The notes beneath the pieces are model-generated. The model was not told the origin of the DNA. It saw only the letters and a list, made by a program, of their open reading frames with translations, and ran no database searches. Below, piece after piece: positions 62,117 to 64,000 of a DNA stretch of 64,000 bases. Where the stretch lies: positions 383-64,382 of the forward strand of contig NZ_JAIEPC010000017.1 of the NCBI RefSeq assembly GCF_019749955.1, given 5' to 3'. Made by a program: the position numbers and the translations under genes. The first letter of the stretch is position 1; the number at the start of each line of letters is the position of its first letter. This DNA comes from Sphingomonas sp. (GTDB lineage Bacteria; Pseudomonadota; Alphaproteobacteria; Sphingomonadales; Sphingomonadaceae).

Positions 62117-62794
62117 ATGTCCCAGCATGCCGCACTCAGCCAGGATCTCGATGCGCTCCGCGCGCATTACGCGACGCACATGCCCGCTGACATCGCCGCC
62201 GCGATGACTCGCGCCGACACGGAACTGGCGGCCTCCGGCATCGTCGATCGCGCGCTCAAGGCCGGGCAATATGCCCCCGATTTCGCCGCGCCGGATGCCG
62301 AAGGGACCACCGTGCGCCTGAGCCGCGCACTGCGCGATGGCGCGGTCATCCTCAGCTTCTATCGCGGCGACTGGTGCCCGTACTGCAACCTTGAGTTGCG
62401 CGCTTACGCCGCGCTTGCCCGCGAGATGCGCGGTGCCGGTATCCGCCTGATCACGGTGTCACCGCAAGACCCCGATACTTCGGTACAGGCCGCCAACGCC
62501 GATCCCTATCCCTTCCCGGTCCTGAGCGACTCCGGATCGAAGATCGCCAAGAGCTTTGGCATCGCCTTCGACCTGAGCGATGAACTGCGCCCGGTTTATG
62601 CCCGGCTCGGCCATGCGCTGCCCGACATGAACGGGAGCGACTGGATCCTGCCGATCCCCGCAACCTATGTGATCGCGCCGACGGGTGAGATCGTGCTCGC
62701 CTTCATCGACACCGACTATCGTCGCCGCCTCGACCCCGCCGACGCGATTGCTGCGGCGATCCGCGCCAACACCCCGCGCCGCAAGGCTGCGTGA
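62117..62794 (+). CDS. peroxiredoxin-like (AhpC/TSA, redoxin) family protein
   Basis: I chose the ATG at 62117. The thioredoxin-fold motif is ILSFYRGDWCPYCNLEL. 225 aa. Confidence 0.8.
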   Translation: MSQHAALSQDLDALRAHYATHMPADIAAAMTRADTELAASGIVDRALKAGQYAPDFAAPDAEGTTVRLSRALRDGAVILSFYRGDWCPYCNLELRAYAALAREMRGAGIRLITVSPQDPDTSVQAANADPYPFPVLSDSGSKIAKSFGIAFDLSDELRPVYARLGHALPDMNGSDWILPIPATYVIAPTGEIVLAFIDTDYRRRLDPADAIAAAIRANTPRRKAA

Positions 62795-62795
62795 G

Positions 62796-63743
62796 ATGAC
62801 CAGCATCGCGCTTTCAGCAACTGCGCCCAAGCAGATGGCATCGCCCGTCCTGCAGGGCGTGCTATGGGGTGGTGCTGCGGCCACTATCTGGGGCGTGTAT
62901 CTCGCCTTTGCGCGCGCCAATGTGAACACGGGCATCGCGCCGGTCGATCTCGCTTTTGTGCGTTATCTGACTGCGGGGCTGATCATGCTTCCCTGGTTGC
63001 TGCGCCACTCGCCCGCCACGATGGCGGGGATGGGCTGGCGCAAGGGGGCGATGCTGGCGCTCCTCGCCGGGCCATTGTTCATTCTCGTCAGCGCAACCGG
63101 GTTCAAATTCGCGCCGCTGTCGCACGGGGCCGTTGTCCAGCCCGCCGGTATCACCATTGCAGGCATGCTGCTGGGCGCGGCGTTGCTCGGTGATCGGCTT
63201 ACGCGACCGCGCGTCGTTGGTGCCGCCATCATCCTGGCCGGGCTTGCCTTGGTCGCAGGGCCAAGCGCACTCAGCGGCGGGCCGATTGCCCTGCTGGGTG
63301 ATGCGCTGTTCGCTGGTGCGGGCGTCATGTGGGCAGTGTTCGCCGTCCTGTCGCGGCGCTGGAAGATATCCCCCGTCGCGGCCACAGCCGTGGTGTCGGT
63401 TCTGTCAGCTGCCGTCTATGTCCCGCTTTACCTGGCCAGCCATGGTATCGGCGCGCTGCTCACCCAGTCAGCGACAACCATCCTGCTGCTGATCCTCATC
63501 CACGGTATCCTTTCGGGTGTGGTCGCGGTGTTCGCCTTTGGCCGCGCCGCCGAGCTGCTCGGTGCGCCGCGCGCCGCCGCTTTCCCCGCCCTGGTCCCCG
63601 TCGTCGCCACGCTGACGGGCATTACGGTCGCCGGCGAAATCCCCGCCGCCTGGCAGATCGCCGGGCTGCTGATCGTCACCTTCGGCCTGTTCGTCACGCA
63701 ACAGACGGCCAGGCACGTCATGTCCAAGGGAGAGAAAAAATGA
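62796..63743 (+). CDS. DMT superfamily (EamA-like) transporter
   Basis: The ATG at 62796 lies 2 nt after the preceding stop. About 10 hydrophobic segments form two EamA-like halves. Confidence 0.8.
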   Translation: MTSIALSATAPKQMASPVLQGVLWGGAAATIWGVYLAFARANVNTGIAPVDLAFVRYLTAGLIMLPWLLRHSPATMAGMGWRKGAMLALLAGPLFILVSATGFKFAPLSHGAVVQPAGITIAGMLLGAALLGDRLTRPRVVGAAIILAGLALVAGPSALSGGPIALLGDALFAGAGVMWAVFAVLSRRWKISPVAATAVVSVLSAAVYVPLYLASHGIGALLTQSATTILLLILIHGILSGVVAVFAFGRAAELLGAPRAAAFPALVPVVATLTGITVAGEIPAAWQIAGLLIVTFGLFVTQQTARHVMSKGEKK

Positions 63744-64000
63744 AGATCACCAGCAAGCGCGCCGTCATCACCGGCGGGTCGAGCGGCATCGGCTATGAGA
63801 TTGCCGCGCAAATGGCGGCGAAGGGCGCACGGCTGGTCCTGACCGGTCGGCGCACCGAGCCGCTGGCGGCGGCAGTCGAGCGGCTGAAGGCGACAGGTGC
63901 CGAGGTGTACGGCGTGTGCGGCGATATCACCGACGGGTCCGCGCGGGCGGCGTTGCTCGCGCAGAGCGTCGCATTGATCGGCGGCGTCGACATTCTCGTC
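63740..64000 (+). CDS. SDR family oxidoreductase (5' part, continues past right edge)
   Basis: The ATG at 63740 overlaps the DMT stop (ATGA). It translates MKITSKRAVITGGSSGIGYEIAAQMAAKGARLVLTGRR. Confidence 0.85.
   Translation, partial: MKITSKRAVITGGSSGIGYEIAAQMAAKGARLVLTGRRTEPLAAAVERLKATGAEVYGVCGDITDGSARAALLAQSVALIGGVDILV

Noticed and set aside
1-64000. A search for rRNA, tRNA, CRISPR arrays, transposases, integrases, and phage or defence genes.
   Set aside because: None was recognised by eye on either strand. All large ORFs are accounted for by metabolic, transport, regulatory or secretion functions. Small RNAs cannot be excluded without covariance-model scans.

Overview
This 64-kb window is high-GC bacterial chromosome. 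The gene content (large TonB-dependent receptors, many acyl-CoA enzymes, GST and SDR genes, palindromic intergenic repeats) looks alphaproteobacterial, probably Sphingomonadaceae-like; that taxonomic guess is low confidence. I support about 55 protein-coding genes. I found no rRNA, tRNA, CRISPR array, transposase or integrase.

Layout:
- 0-2 kb: an ABC-2 exporter.
- 2.2-4.8 kb: a secreted BNR/Asp-box (GH74-like) protein.
- 5-32 kb: a dense acyl-CoA/lipid catabolic neighbourhood. It holds 2 acyl-CoA ligases, a hydratase/dehydrogenase, two paralogous two-gene acyl-CoA dehydrogenase pairs, an ACAD10/11-type dehydrogenase with a separate APH-like kinase, several SDRs, thioesterases, an amidase, serine and dienelactone hydrolases, a tandem-duplicated TetR, and a TonB-dependent receptor plus MFS.
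- 32-40.6 kb: mixed genes (LysR, an HIBADH-like enzyme, an M16 peptidase, a TetA-like MFS, SDR, GST, a ligase and a thioesterase).
- 40.8-43.8 kb: a periplasmic six-EF-hand protein followed by an OmpR/histidine-kinase pair.
- 43.8-49.0 kb, minus strand: an operon of a PAP2/vanadium-haloperoxidase-like protein, a small periplasmic protein, a TonB-dependent receptor and PiuC.
- 49.06-49.43 kb: a strikingly AT-rich control region rich in palindromes.
- 49.4-59.2 kb: an 11-gene, translationally coupled type II secretion operon with unusual gene order.
- 59-64 kb: a SleB-like hydrolase, a truncated UDG-like remnant, a LysR regulator, an AhpD-like protein, a peroxiredoxin-like protein, a DMT transporter and a partial SDR.

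Three families of intergenic palindromic or MITE-like repeats are scattered through the catabolic region.

The most interesting candidates are the AT-rich divergent control region with its two flanking operons (T2SS and PAP2/TBDR/PiuC), the single-chain double TetR, the split kinase plus dehydrogenase module, and the EF-hand/two-component module.

Limits: every functional call comes from motif and family recognition by eye. No database search was run. Start codons are often ambiguous, because the ORF track prints M for GTG and TTG starts.
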